Assembly (NCBI GenBank): GCA_038203565.1
Contig: JBBRDV010000013.1
Coordinates: 1 to 28,408, forward strand
Length of the DNA: 28,408 bases
Direction: 5' to 3'
From: Atribacterota bacterium
GTDB taxonomy: Bacteria > Atribacterota > Phoenicimicrobiia > Phoenicimicrobiales > Phoenicimicrobiaceae
In this document: positions 9,826-19,323 of the stretch, one piece after another
Layout: every line of letters begins with the position of its first letter
Numbering within the stretch: position 1 is the first letter of the stretch
Translations under genes and position numbers: made by a program
The notes under the pieces: generated by a model
Seen by the model: only the letters and a program-made list of their open reading frames with translations
Database searches by the model: none
Told to the model about the DNA's origin: nothing

Positions 9826-11001
9826 TTATTCTTTTATTTTTATAAGTAAGAGAGAAGTTATCAAAGCAAATATCAATCCAGCCCAGAAGGGTGATGAGGG
9901 ACCAAACTGGAATTTTAAGTATCCTCCCAGGGAAGGCCCGATAGATCCGATTAAGCCAGTGCAGGTACCGATAAAACCAATTACCAGTCCCCTTGATTGC
10001 CGGTGAGTAATATCAGCCAGCAATGAATCGTAAGCAATATAGCAACTCTGGAAAAAAATGTATAATATGGTAAATAGAGCAATAGTCAGCCACAAAGGAG
10101 AACTTAAACTCCACAAGATTATAAATATTCCCAAACCTGACGCACTGAACGATAACACCTTTTTACTACCCCACTTATCAATGATTTTTCCTCCCCAGAG
10201 ACTGCATATAACCGCCGCAAACCCTCCCAATGCAAAAAGCAAATTGATTTTGGGTTTATCAAAATTCATTACTTCCTTGGCATATAAAGAAATAAAAGGT
10301 CCATGTGTGGTAAGATTAAATAAAAGAAAAAGGGAAGAAAGAGCTAAGATGATATGCAATATTTTTTTATTAAATAAATTTTTAAAAGAATTAGATTTAT
10401 TAATTTTTATACGGTGATGATGAGTCTCTTTTAACCAGAACATTCTAGCCAAAGCACAGAAAAAAGTAGTTAAAGAAGTAAAATAAAATAGATATTTTAT
10501 TTCTATTCGAGGAATCAATATCATCCCTATAGCGGGGCCTATGGTAATTCCTAAAACAACGAATAATTCAAATCCGCTATAAGCTATACCTCTTTTATTT
10601 TTTGGAACAGATTCGGCAATCATGGAATAAAAAGAGGGTAATTGAAGAGCACTTAAACTATTCGCAATAGTAAGAAATATTATTAAAGTGATCCAATGAA
10701 AAGAATTACCAGCTAAAAAATATAGAAGAGGAGAGACAAAGCTTGGAATAATTATTAATAACTTGCGGCCAAATTGGTCAGAGAGTATTCCTCCTAAAAA
10801 TTGCATTAAAGTAGATGATAGGGTAAGTAAAGTATACGAAAAACCCACTTGAAAATCATTTGCCCCTAATTCTTGAAGATAAAGAGGAAGAACAGGATAC
10901 CAGCTAAAAAAAGCAATTAGAATAAACATAACTGTTAAAGATAATACGGAAACATTTTGTTCGATAAATAATGATTGACGGATTTTAGTCAAGAAATTCA
11001 T
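9826..11001 (-). CDS. MFS transporter
   Basis: About 12 hydrophobic segments. Motif A GILSDQFGRK and its repeat GKIIDKWGSKK. Confidence 0.9.
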   Translation of the reverse strand: MNFLTKIRQSLFIEQNVSVLSLTVMFILIAFFSWYPVLPLYLQELGANDFQVGFSYTLLTLSSTLMQFLGGILSDQFGRKLLIIIPSFVSPLLYFLAGNSFHWITLIIFLTIANSLSALQLPSFYSMIAESVPKNKRGIAYSGFELFVVLGITIGPAIGMILIPRIEIKYLFYFTSLTTFFCALARMFWLKETHHHRIKINKSNSFKNLFNKKILHIILALSSLFLLFNLTTHGPFISLYAKEVMNFDKPKINLLFALGGFAAVICSLWGGKIIDKWGSKKVLSFSASGLGIFIILWSLSSPLWLTIALFTILYIFFQSCYIAYDSLLADITHRQSRGLVIGFIGTCTGLIGSIGPSLGGYLKFQFGPSSPFWAGLIFALITSLLLIKIKE

Positions 11002-11147
11002 TAAGAGGCTCCTTAATCCATAAGTTGAGTTTAATACTAAATTTTTTATCTAAACTATGGTAAAATATAAACAAGTATATCATAATATAAAAGATAAGAT
11101 AGCAAATGAAAAGAAAAAATATATTTTAAAATTTTTTTAGAAAAATA

Positions 11148-11174
11148 GCAGGAAAAAAGGTCTTGGTGAAGAAT
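11148..11174 (+). promoter_or_regulatory. Putative sigmaH-like promoter (GCAGGAAAA...GAAGAAT)
   Basis: AGGA at 11150 and GAAT at 11171, about 25 nt before the DUF355 gene start. Confidence 0.5.
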
Positions 11175-11199
11175 ATTATAAAAAGAGGGGGTAATATAA

Positions 11200-11682
11200 A
11201 TGGAATTAAAGACAGTGAGAATGGAATTCCCTGAAGATACCAATATTATTATTGGTCAAACTCATTTTATTAAAACCGCAGAAGACCTCTATGAGGTGAT
11301 GGTCAATGCTGTACCGAATGTAAAATTTGGTCTGGCTTTTAATGAGGCTTCAGGCCCATGTCTGGTAAGAGCAGAAGGAAATGATTCAGAACTGAAAGCT
11401 TTAGCTATAAAAAATGTGAAAGATATTGGAGCAGGACATGTTTTTGTTATTGTTTTAAAAGACGCTTTTCCTATCAATGTATTAAATGCTATAAAAAATT
11501 GTCCTGAAATCTGTTCTATCTTCTGTGCTACTGCTAACCCGGTTGAGGTAATTATTGCTCAAACCGATTTGGGTAGAGGGGTACTGGGAGTTATTGATGG
11601 AAACTCACCCAAAGGTGTAGAGACAGATAAAGATGTTCAGGAGCGAAAAGAATTTCTGAGAATGATTGGATATAAGCTCTAA
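11200..11682 (+). CDS. Adenosine-specific kinase family protein (DUF355/PAE2307-like)
   Basis: NIIIGQTHFIKT.EDL, FGLAFNEASG, AGHVF, CATANP and GRGVLGVIDG...RKEFLRMIGYKL are characteristic of this family. Confidence 0.88.
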   Translation: MELKTVRMEFPEDTNIIIGQTHFIKTAEDLYEVMVNAVPNVKFGLAFNEASGPCLVRAEGNDSELKALAIKNVKDIGAGHVFVIVLKDAFPINVLNAIKNCPEICSIFCATANPVEVIIAQTDLGRGVLGVIDGNSPKGVETDKDVQERKEFLRMIGYKL

Positions 11683-11742
11683 AATAGCTTATAGTAGATG
11701 AATTCGGTGAATTATATATTAAGAATGGAGGTAAATTTGATT

Positions 11743-12219
11743 ATGCAGAATAAAAAACTTTATAGGTCGAGAAAAGATTATATGATTGCTGGTGTATGTG
11801 GAGGGATTGCTGAATATTTTGAAATTGATTCTACCTTAGTTAGGTTATTGGCTGTGTTAGTTGTGCTTTTAGGAGGAGCAGGAGTTGTCGCTTATATTAT
11901 TGCCTGGATTGTAATCCCCAAGAATCCTGATCAGGATTCTGATGAAGCTTTTGAAAAGAGAGAAAATATAAAAGAAAAAGTCAAAAAGGGTGCAAAGGAT
12001 GTAATTGAAGAGGTTAAAGAACATTTTGAATCAGAAGAACCTTTTCATAAATCAGAGAAAAATAGGAGGATTTTAGGAGGTATAATTGTAATAGCAATAG
12101 GTTTAATCTTTTTATTGAACGGTTTCTTCCCCTGGATAGGTTGGAACAAACTGTGGCCGGTAATTTTAATCGCTGCAGGTATAATTATTATGATTCAGGC
12201 CTTTAAGAAAAAAGATTAA
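11743..12219 (+). CDS. PspC domain protein with C-terminal LiaF/LiaI-like (DUF5668-type) TM hairpin
   Basis: KKLYRSRKDYMIAGVCGGIAEYF...YIIAWIVIP is PspC. C-terminal GGIIVIAIGLIFLL...LWPVILIAAGI. Start at ATG 11743 after GGAGGT. Confidence 0.88.
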   Translation: MQNKKLYRSRKDYMIAGVCGGIAEYFEIDSTLVRLLAVLVVLLGGAGVVAYIIAWIVIPKNPDQDSDEAFEKRENIKEKVKKGAKDVIEEVKEHFESEEPFHKSEKNRRILGGIIVIAIGLIFLLNGFFPWIGWNKLWPVILIAAGIIIMIQAFKKKD

Positions 12220-12225
12220 ATAGTT

Positions 12226-13383
12226 ATGTCATTAACTACAAAAATAAAAGAATTAGGAGAAGAAATTGGTTTAGATATCGTCAGGATTACTAATACAGAA
12301 AGCTTCCCGGAGGCAGAAAAGCACATTATAGAAAGTGTAGAAAAGGGTTATATTCCTGAAAATGATTACTATGTCTCGAAAAATATTTCAGAAAGACCTA
12401 ATAATCTAAATCTAAATAAAATTTGCAAAAGATGTAACCCGAAGAGTATTTTGAAAAGTGCAAAATCTATAATTAGTGCTGCTCAGTGTTATTTGATAGA
12501 AGAAACAGAAGATATTCAGGATAAAAATCAACCCTTAGGAAAAGTTGCTAAATATGATATCGGTAATTTTTATTATGATGTAAAATTAAAACTAAAAAAA
12601 ATAGTTGATTTTATCAATCAAGAGACTGATTTTAAATATAAATCTAAAAATAAATCTTGTTATATATCTTTAACCGAAAAGCCGATTGCCCAGCGGGCCG
12701 GAGTAGGCTGGTATGGGAAAAACGGGATAATTATTACCGAAAGATTTGGTTCCTGGGTAGTTTTGGGAGAAATTATAACTGAATTAGAATTAGACACAGA
12801 TGAATCTCTTCAGCGAGATTGTGGCGATTGTGTATTATGTATCGATTTATGTCCGACTAAGGCTATTGTCTCCCCTTATGTAATTGATCGGACTAAATGT
12901 CTTCAATTTATTTCCGAAAGGTCGATGAATGTGCCTTTAGTTTTTCGGGAAAAATGGGGGGATAGATTGTATGGCTGCACTACTTGCCAGGAGGTTTGCC
13001 CCCAAAACCGTGAAGTAATGCCAAAAAAATATAAACCGGAATATGGGTATATCGGTTTAAAAATTCCCTTAATACCATTATTGCAAATTACCGAAGAGGA
13101 ATTTCAAAATTATTTTGCTTATAACCAGATTGCTATGAGACCAAAAGAAGCGATCAAAAGAAATGCCGTACTGGCTTTAGGCAATATTGGTGATACTAAG
13201 GCTGTAGTTCCTTTGGTTAGAACCTTGCAGGAGGATGATAGTTCGATAGTAAGGGGACATACTGCCTGGGCTCTGGGTAAAATTGGAGGAGAAAAGGCGA
13301 AATTTGCTTTAGAAAAAGCTCTAAAGAGCGAAGAAGATAGCAAAGTAAGGGAAGAAATAATCAATGCTTTGGAAATGTTTTAA
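12226..13383 (+). CDS. queG: Epoxyqueuosine reductase with C-terminal HEAT repeats
   Basis: EKPIAQRAGVGWYGKN, GSWVVLGEI, CGDCVLCIDLCPT, YGCTTCQEVCP, RNAVLALGN and VRGHTAWALG. Confidence 0.88.
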   Translation: MSLTTKIKELGEEIGLDIVRITNTESFPEAEKHIIESVEKGYIPENDYYVSKNISERPNNLNLNKICKRCNPKSILKSAKSIISAAQCYLIEETEDIQDKNQPLGKVAKYDIGNFYYDVKLKLKKIVDFINQETDFKYKSKNKSCYISLTEKPIAQRAGVGWYGKNGIIITERFGSWVVLGEIITELELDTDESLQRDCGDCVLCIDLCPTKAIVSPYVIDRTKCLQFISERSMNVPLVFREKWGDRLYGCTTCQEVCPQNREVMPKKYKPEYGYIGLKIPLIPLLQITEEEFQNYFAYNQIAMRPKEAIKRNAVLALGNIGDTKAVVPLVRTLQEDDSSIVRGHTAWALGKIGGEKAKFALEKALKSEEDSKVREEIINALEMF

Positions 13384-13388
13384 TATTC

Positions 13389-13411
13389 TACGCTCTACGC
13401 TATACGCTATA
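13389..13411. repeat. Short heptamer tandem repeat (TACGCTM x3)
   Basis: TACGCTC-TACGCTA-TACGCTA-TA immediately after the queG stop. Confidence 0.7.
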
Positions 13412-13485
13412 TAAGTTTTCCGCTTTTTGTTTTAACTTTTTATTTAATGAGAATTACAGTTTGAAAGAAAGGATAAAAGTTTAAG

Positions 13486-14232
13486 ATGATTCAGGTAGAA
13501 GGATTGACCAAGATATTCCATGATAAAAAAAGAGGTAAAATAGTAGCAGTTAATAATTTACAGTTTAATTGCCAGAAAGGTCAGGTATTCGGACTTTTGG
13601 GTCCTAATGGAGCGGGCAAAACCACCACTTTACGTATTTTAGCCACTATGATACTTCCTACTAAGGGGGAAATAATGGTAAACGGGCTTGATATAGTAAA
13701 ACATGCCGCTAAAGTAAGGAGGCAGATAGGATTTTTATCCAGCGAAACAGGATTATATGATCGTTTTACCCCTCGAGAAACCATAAGGTTTTTTGGTCGG
13801 ATTAACGGGATGGAAGATAAGATTATCGAAAAAAGAATGGCTGAGATTTTTCAAAACTTAGATATGGAAGATTTTCAGGATGTCAGAGTAAATAAACTTT
13901 CTACCGGAATGAAACAGAAACTTTCTATTGCCAGGAGTATTATTCATAACCCGCCTGTATTAATTTTAGATGAACCAACAGTAGGGTTAGATATAATTAC
14001 GGCTAAAATAGTAATTGAATATGTTAAAAGCTTTAGAGATCAGGGAAAGTGTATTATCTATTCTACTCACATTATGCGGGAAGCTGAAAAATTGTGTGAT
14101 AGAATTGCGATTATTCATCAGGGCAATCTCATTGCTCAGGGGACCTTAGAAGAATTAAAAAAGAATTCATTATTTGACGATTTAGAAGAAATATTTTTTG
14201 AATTAATAAATCAAGGAGAGAATCAAGAATGA
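13486..14232 (+). CDS. natA: ABC transporter ATP-binding protein, NatA-like (Na+ efflux type)
   Basis: GPNGAGKTT, LSTGMKQK, LDEPTVGLD and YSTHIMREAEKLCD. ATGA overlap with the NatB-like permease. Confidence 0.75.
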   Translation: MIQVEGLTKIFHDKKRGKIVAVNNLQFNCQKGQVFGLLGPNGAGKTTTLRILATMILPTKGEIMVNGLDIVKHAAKVRRQIGFLSSETGLYDRFTPRETIRFFGRINGMEDKIIEKRMAEIFQNLDMEDFQDVRVNKLSTGMKQKLSIARSIIHNPPVLILDEPTVGLDIITAKIVIEYVKSFRDQGKCIIYSTHIMREAEKLCDRIAIIHQGNLIAQGTLEELKKNSLFDDLEEIFFELINQGENQE

Positions 14233-15422
14233 ACTGGAAAAATATTAAACTTATCTTTATTAAAGAATTAGTGGGAACCATACGAGATAAAAGAACTATC
14301 ATTGCCATGATAATAATTCCTTTAATCTTTTATCCTCTCTTGTTTATAGGAATTGGCTATTTTAATAAGGTGGGAAGCATGAAATCAGAAGAAGCTGCCT
14401 CAAGGATTATAATATACGGTGCAGAATTTGCTCCTAAATTAGTGAAACATTTCCAGGATTATGAAAAGATTGAAATTCTTATTATAGAAGATGACTCTCT
14501 CTCTAAATTGCAAAATGGTGATATTCAGGCAGTTTTGGTAATCCCCTCGGATTATAAAGATAAAATTGAACAGGAAGAACCTAATACACTTACCTTAAAA
14601 TATGATACCACAGAGGCTAAATCAAAGGTAGCCAAGCAAAGAATTAATCAAGTAATTGAAAAATACAAAGGTGAAATACTTTCAGAAAGGCTTTCCCGTC
14701 TGGATTTAAAAGAAGAATTTCTTACTCCGTTAATTTTACAAGAAGAAAATATAGCTACTGCAGAAAAAATGACCGGTTCATTTTTAGCAGTTTTACTCCC
14801 CTATTTTATTATAATCCTTATCTTTACGGGGGCGATGTTTACCGCCGTAGATATAACTGCCGGAGAGAAAGAAAGAGGAACTATTGCTACTCTATTAGTC
14901 AGTCAGATAAGCCGATTAGAGATAGTATTAGGCAAATGCTTTGCTGTGATGTTAATTTCTTTTACCAGTATGGTTTTGGGACTGTTCGGACTTACTCTTG
15001 CTTTTTTATCGGGTACTTCTATTACCGGGGGCATTGAGGGAGTGCAATTTGGGATATCTGTTAATACTATCTTTTTACTCTTTTTAGTTTTATTCCCTTT
15101 AGTCGGTTTAGCCAGTGCAGTGCTGGTGATGGTAGGCATATACGCCCGTAATATTAGAGAAGCCTCGAGTTATATTACCCCTATCTATATGTTGACCATC
15201 TTTTTGGGAATAATTTCTATAAGTCAGGGAATGGAATTGACCGGAAAAATGTTTTTAATTCCGGTTTTAAACAGTAGTTTTGTTTTTAAAGAACTATTAA
15301 TGGGCAAGATTTACTGGGATCACATTATAACTACTTTCGGTGCTAATATAATTATTGCCGGGATAGCTCTATTGGGAGCTACTCGTCTCTTTAACAAAGA
15401 AGAAGTCCTCTTTAGAAGCTAA
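14229..15422 (+). CDS. natB: ABC-2 type permease, NatB-like
   Basis: KEL...RDKRT, AGEKERGT...LL...SR.EIVLGK and C-terminal F.KEEVLFR are typical of the NatB family. Confidence 0.75.
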   Translation: MNWKNIKLIFIKELVGTIRDKRTIIAMIIIPLIFYPLLFIGIGYFNKVGSMKSEEAASRIIIYGAEFAPKLVKHFQDYEKIEILIIEDDSLSKLQNGDIQAVLVIPSDYKDKIEQEEPNTLTLKYDTTEAKSKVAKQRINQVIEKYKGEILSERLSRLDLKEEFLTPLILQEENIATAEKMTGSFLAVLLPYFIIILIFTGAMFTAVDITAGEKERGTIATLLVSQISRLEIVLGKCFAVMLISFTSMVLGLFGLTLAFLSGTSITGGIEGVQFGISVNTIFLLFLVLFPLVGLASAVLVMVGIYARNIREASSYITPIYMLTIFLGIISISQGMELTGKMFLIPVLNSSFVFKELLMGKIYWDHIITTFGANIIIAGIALLGATRLFNKEEVLFRS

Positions 15423-15481
15423 AGGTAATAATATAAAACTAATTGGTAAAATTATAGGATTGAAAAAAGTGGGTGTTTGCA

Positions 15482-16207
15482 ATGAGAAAATCCCTTATTT
15501 TTATCTTGATAGTATTTTTAGTTTTTTTCCTATCTATTTTTGCCCAGGAACAGGAAGAAGATAGAGAAGCAATTTTTACTCAAAAAAGGCAGAGCATGGT
15601 AGTAAATCAGTTACAAAGTCGAGACATAATTGATTCAAAAGTCTTGCGTGCCATGCTCACTGTTCCCCGCCACCAGTTCGTTGATGAACGTATTAAGGAA
15701 TCAGCTTATAATGATTACCCCCTTGCTATCGGTGAAGGTCAAACTATTTCTCAGCCTTATATTGTAGCCTTAATGACTCAGCTTTTAGAGCTAAAAGGAG
15801 GGGAAAGGGTTTTAGAGATAGGAACTGGCTCTGGGTATCAGGCAGCAGTTTTAGCTGAAATTGTAGAAGAAGTTTATACAGTAGAGATATATGAAAGTCT
15901 CTCTAAAAAATCGGAAAAATTAATGAAGGATTTAGGTTATAGAAACATTCATTTTAATATTGGTGATGGATATTATGGATGGGAAGAATATGCCCCTTAT
16001 GATGCTATTATAGTAACCTGTGCCCCCGATTACGTCCCCCAGCACCTTCTTCAGCAGATAAGAGATGATGGAGGGCGAATAGTAATACCCGTGGGTGGAA
16101 TATGGATGGCACAAACTTTAATGAAAATAGAAAAAATAGAAGGAAAAATTAAATCTAAAGGAATTATCGGGGTAAGATTTGTTCCCATGATTGGACATAG
16201 CAGATAG
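15482..16207 (+). CDS. pcm: Protein-L-isoaspartate(D-aspartate) O-methyltransferase with N-terminal signal-peptide-like segment
   Basis: VPRHQFV, GQTISQPYIVA, VLEIGTGSGYQAA, APYDAIIVT, GGRIVIPVG and VRFVPM. Start at ATG 15482 or GTG 15473. Confidence 0.92.
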   Translation: MRKSLIFILIVFLVFFLSIFAQEQEEDREAIFTQKRQSMVVNQLQSRDIIDSKVLRAMLTVPRHQFVDERIKESAYNDYPLAIGEGQTISQPYIVALMTQLLELKGGERVLEIGTGSGYQAAVLAEIVEEVYTVEIYESLSKKSEKLMKDLGYRNIHFNIGDGYYGWEEYAPYDAIIVTCAPDYVPQHLLQQIRDDGGRIVIPVGGIWMAQTLMKIEKIEGKIKSKGIIGVRFVPMIGHSR

Positions 16208-16290
16208 AGAACATAGGAAACAGAGAACCGTCCCCTGTATTTTTTACTGGGAATCAGTAAAAATTTTTAAAAATATTTTTAAAAAGATAC

Positions 16291-16319
16291 TTAAAAATGT
16301 TTTATTTGTATGATATAAT
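16291..16319 (+). promoter_or_regulatory. Putative sigma70/sigmaA promoter for the small YHS gene
   Basis: TTAAAA (16291-16296), 17-nt spacer, TATAAT (16314-16319) with an extended -10 TG at 16311. Confidence 0.5.
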
Positions 16320-16358
16320 ATAAAATCGAAAAATTAGTTAAGTAAGGAGGTGAAAAGA

Positions 16359-16529
16359 ATGGCCAAAAAGACCTGTATTGTATGCGGGAAAGAAATAAAG
16401 AAAGAAAAATCTTGCACCGAACATGATGGTAAGCATTATTGTTTTTGTTCAGAAGAATGCCATGATGAATTTGAAAGTAACCCAGAAGAATATTTAGTAG
16501 AAGAAGATGACGAAGAAGATTGGAATTAA
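16359..16529 (+). CDS. Small YHS/TRASH-domain metal-binding protein (56 aa), not in the ORF track
   Basis: Strong RBS AAGGAGGTG, then MAKKTCIVCGKEIKKEKSCTEHDGKHYCFCSEECHDEFESNPEEYLVEEDDEEDWN*. CxxCG...G+xYxFCSxxC...F..NPEEY is the YHS/TRASH signature. Confidence 0.88.
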   Translation: MAKKTCIVCGKEIKKEKSCTEHDGKHYCFCSEECHDEFESNPEEYLVEEDDEEDWN

Positions 16530-16590
16530 TAATATAGAATTTAATAACTAATAATACTTAAAATTATATAAAGCGAATAAACGGAATATT

Positions 16591-16640
16591 ATTCTAAAAG
16601 TCCTTTGTTGTTTAACAAAGGACTTTTAGAATTTTTTATT
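16591..16640. terminator. Intrinsic terminator, probably bidirectional
   Basis: 19-bp perfect stem ATTCTAAAAGTCCTTTGTT-GTTT-AACAAAGGACTTTTAGAAT followed by TTTTTATTT, between the convergent YHS and DUF3160 genes. Confidence 0.85.
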
Positions 16641-16705
16641 TTGCTTCAATTCTTATAAAAGTCTTATTAAGGCCAAGAAACATACTTTTAAATGAGCCAT
16701 TTTAA

Positions 16706-19321
16706 TCATTCTGAAAAAGTATTGGTCCACTCTGGTCCGGGTGGGGGATTGAAATCCAATATTTTTCTCCATTCCTCATCGGTCAATCTATTTTCCATGG
16801 ATTGTTTGAATTCATAATAACTAAAGATTGGTCCAACTCCTATCAGTATGTGTCCTTCCGGGAGCCTATAAGCTATTACTGCAGTTTTAATATAACCCAC
16901 TCCTTCTTCTAAAACTTTTTCAGTATTACCATCTGTATGGACATCAGCCACTAAAACTGTTTTAAATACCTCTGGATCAACTTCTCCTCCCGAGATAGTC
17001 CCGATTAAACCTTCAGAGATGCTACCAAAATTTTCAATGAAGTTGTATTCATTATCGTTTAATGGTTTATTTTCTAATTCTTTTTTAGAGATATCCAGCA
17101 GCTTACTTAATATTTCCTCAAATCTATTAAGACCTGCCTCTATCATTAGCTTTTCTAATTCTTCCTGAGGAATTAAACTCTTAAATCCCAGGTTAGTCAT
17201 CTTGGTTAGAGCTAAAAGTCGGGCATAAAATTCTGGTACTGGCTCAACATAACCAACTACCGGGGGCTCAAACATCCCTCCCATCTCAGCGATAGTATAA
17301 CTCTGCTTGACATATAAAAGGGTATCATGTCTTAATTCAGTCCAGGAGGCCAGGGCTGTATTTAATTCTTTATCTTGCCAGGCTTCGGTTTGCATAAAAG
17401 TAGGATAACCTTTGCCGAATTCACTATTCAAGGATTTTAAAACATAAAGCCAATTTAGATAAAGATTTTTAGACCAATCTTCTTTGGTAAAGGAATCTAT
17501 AAAAATTTTCAGTTCAGAAAATTTCTTCTGGTAATCTGTATATTGGGTATCCCCCGAACTTTCTAAAATCTTTTTAGCCTTTTCAGAGCCTAACAAAGCC
17601 ATTAAATCTAATCCTCGCGGGAAACCCCTAACCTCTCTCATAGCTGGCGGGGGACAGGCTTTTACATCAGTCTTAACCCAGGTGAAAGGACGGTCTTTTA
17701 TATATTCGGTATAGGCATCGTCCCAGCTAAAAGTAAAAGGTTTTTCTCCAGTTGGTAAGGAAGGTTTTGGTCCTGCGTATTCGCCGCTATAAGGAGAAAC
17801 AATTTCGGAAAAAAGCCAGGAATCTAAAGTAAATCTCTGTCCCATCAGTCTGAACCCCTTGGTTTTATTTAAAAGTTCTTTTGCCTGTTCTTTTAAAGCC
17901 TGAATTTCTTCCTCACCAAGAGGGGGGCAGGGCATTAGCAATTCACAGGCTCCTAATCCACTGTAAATTTTAGGATTATAGGGAAAATCCAAGATAGCTT
18001 CTTTGAGTTCTGAATAATTTTCCTCTATTTCTTGAGGAGTTATTTCATTTTTAAATAATTTTTTTAACACCTCATTATATTCGTTTGGCCCTAAATCATC
18101 AGAAAATCCCACCAGAAAAGAAGTAATAACATATATTCTGTTCCATCTTTCCTGAAGGTCTCGACTCTGAGAAAATTGGTTAGACAATAAAAAGGCTTGC
18201 AGGGTTTGAATTCGGGCATCATATTCAGAAACAATTCCACCTATATTACCGGTGCAGACAGATTCTCCAGGAGATAAAAGGGGAGACCCTTCAATTAAGG
18301 CAGTGATCCTTCCATACCACATTAAAGCTTTAAAGTAATTCTTAAGTTTTTCTGATTTAGTATAATGACCTCGGGGGATATATTGGGAATAATCTTCCTG
18401 ATAAATATATATTGGGGAATATTCCCAGCCCTGATGTTTTTCAATTAGCTCTATTTCTTTTTTTACCAGACTTTTTACCGAATCGGGGACTTCAAAATAA
18501 TATTGGTCAAATTCTGTTTGACTAAAATATTTATAACTGGCATTATCCCCGTAATATTCTTTTACTCCAGCGACCATCATTTCACAGTATTCGGTGTCCA
18601 TCTCGGGGACACAATATTCTTCTCTTAAAATTTCCTCACTTATTACCTGATTTATCTTTGGTTTTAAAAGTTCTAAAGCCACGGAAAGATAAGCTGCATT
18701 TCTTCTGGCTGCTTCTTTCAAATCGCCGCTACTTTTATAATATTCTTTCAGAGATTCTTCCAATAAATTTTTACTTACTGCCCACATATCTTTGTAGAAT
18801 AGGTCTCTTTCTAATTTCATTAAGGTAGCATCAAAGAAGATATGATAATAATGTAAAAGAGAATCGGAGGTGATAAAAATAGGCAAATCTATTTCTCCCA
18901 TCGCTTTATAATAAGCTACGAAATCATCTTTAGGGTAAGCATTCTGGCGGGAAGACATAAGAAAAATTTCTTGCTCTCCAATATCAAGAGGAGTAGGGAT
19001 AACTACGAAGCCATTTTTTTTAAAGAGAGAAAGAGCTTCAGAACTAAGTATTATTTTTTCAGAAAAATTTTGAAAATTATTAATATTTGTAATGTTCAAA
19101 GGCAAGGGATAGGCAGGAACGCTGGGAGTAACTTCTAATTCTTCCAGCAGCATATTATCCGCTTCAATTAATTGTTTGGTTAGGATCACTCCGCCCAAGG
19201 CATTATCCGCACAAGTGAAGAAGGTAATAGAGATTAAAAAAACTAAAATGATTTTTAATAAATTGAAACTATTTTTTCTTTTGATGTTTTTAAAATTTAA
19301 TTTATAAAATAAATTTAACAT
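16706..19321 (-). CDS. DUF3160 domain-containing protein, probably exported
   Basis: Family motifs FITSDSLLH, DYSQYIPRGHYT, YFKALMWYG, FRLMGQRF, LASWTELRHDTLLYVKQ, GYVEP, VADVHT and SYYEF...RLTDEEW. ATG 19321 lies just after the upstream stop, with AAAGGTGG upstream. Hydrophobic N-terminal segment. Confidence 0.85.
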   Translation of the reverse strand: MLNLFYKLNFKNIKRKNSFNLLKIILVFLISITFFTCADNALGGVILTKQLIEADNMLLEELEVTPSVPAYPLPLNITNINNFQNFSEKIILSSEALSLFKKNGFVVIPTPLDIGEQEIFLMSSRQNAYPKDDFVAYYKAMGEIDLPIFITSDSLLHYYHIFFDATLMKLERDLFYKDMWAVSKNLLEESLKEYYKSSGDLKEAARRNAAYLSVALELLKPKINQVISEEILREEYCVPEMDTEYCEMMVAGVKEYYGDNASYKYFSQTEFDQYYFEVPDSVKSLVKKEIELIEKHQGWEYSPIYIYQEDYSQYIPRGHYTKSEKLKNYFKALMWYGRITALIEGSPLLSPGESVCTGNIGGIVSEYDARIQTLQAFLLSNQFSQSRDLQERWNRIYVITSFLVGFSDDLGPNEYNEVLKKLFKNEITPQEIEENYSELKEAILDFPYNPKIYSGLGACELLMPCPPLGEEEIQALKEQAKELLNKTKGFRLMGQRFTLDSWLFSEIVSPYSGEYAGPKPSLPTGEKPFTFSWDDAYTEYIKDRPFTWVKTDVKACPPPAMREVRGFPRGLDLMALLGSEKAKKILESSGDTQYTDYQKKFSELKIFIDSFTKEDWSKNLYLNWLYVLKSLNSEFGKGYPTFMQTEAWQDKELNTALASWTELRHDTLLYVKQSYTIAEMGGMFEPPVVGYVEPVPEFYARLLALTKMTNLGFKSLIPQEELEKLMIEAGLNRFEEILSKLLDISKKELENKPLNDNEYNFIENFGSISEGLIGTISGGEVDPEVFKTVLVADVHTDGNTEKVLEEGVGYIKTAVIAYRLPEGHILIGVGPIFSYYEFKQSMENRLTDEEWRKILDFNPPPGPEWTNTFSE

Positions 19322-19323
19322 GA

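Noticed and set aside
16241..16268. Hairpin TTTTTACTG-GGAAT-CAGTAAAAA after pcm as a terminator
   Set aside because: The stem is mostly A-T and weak; plausible but not supportable.
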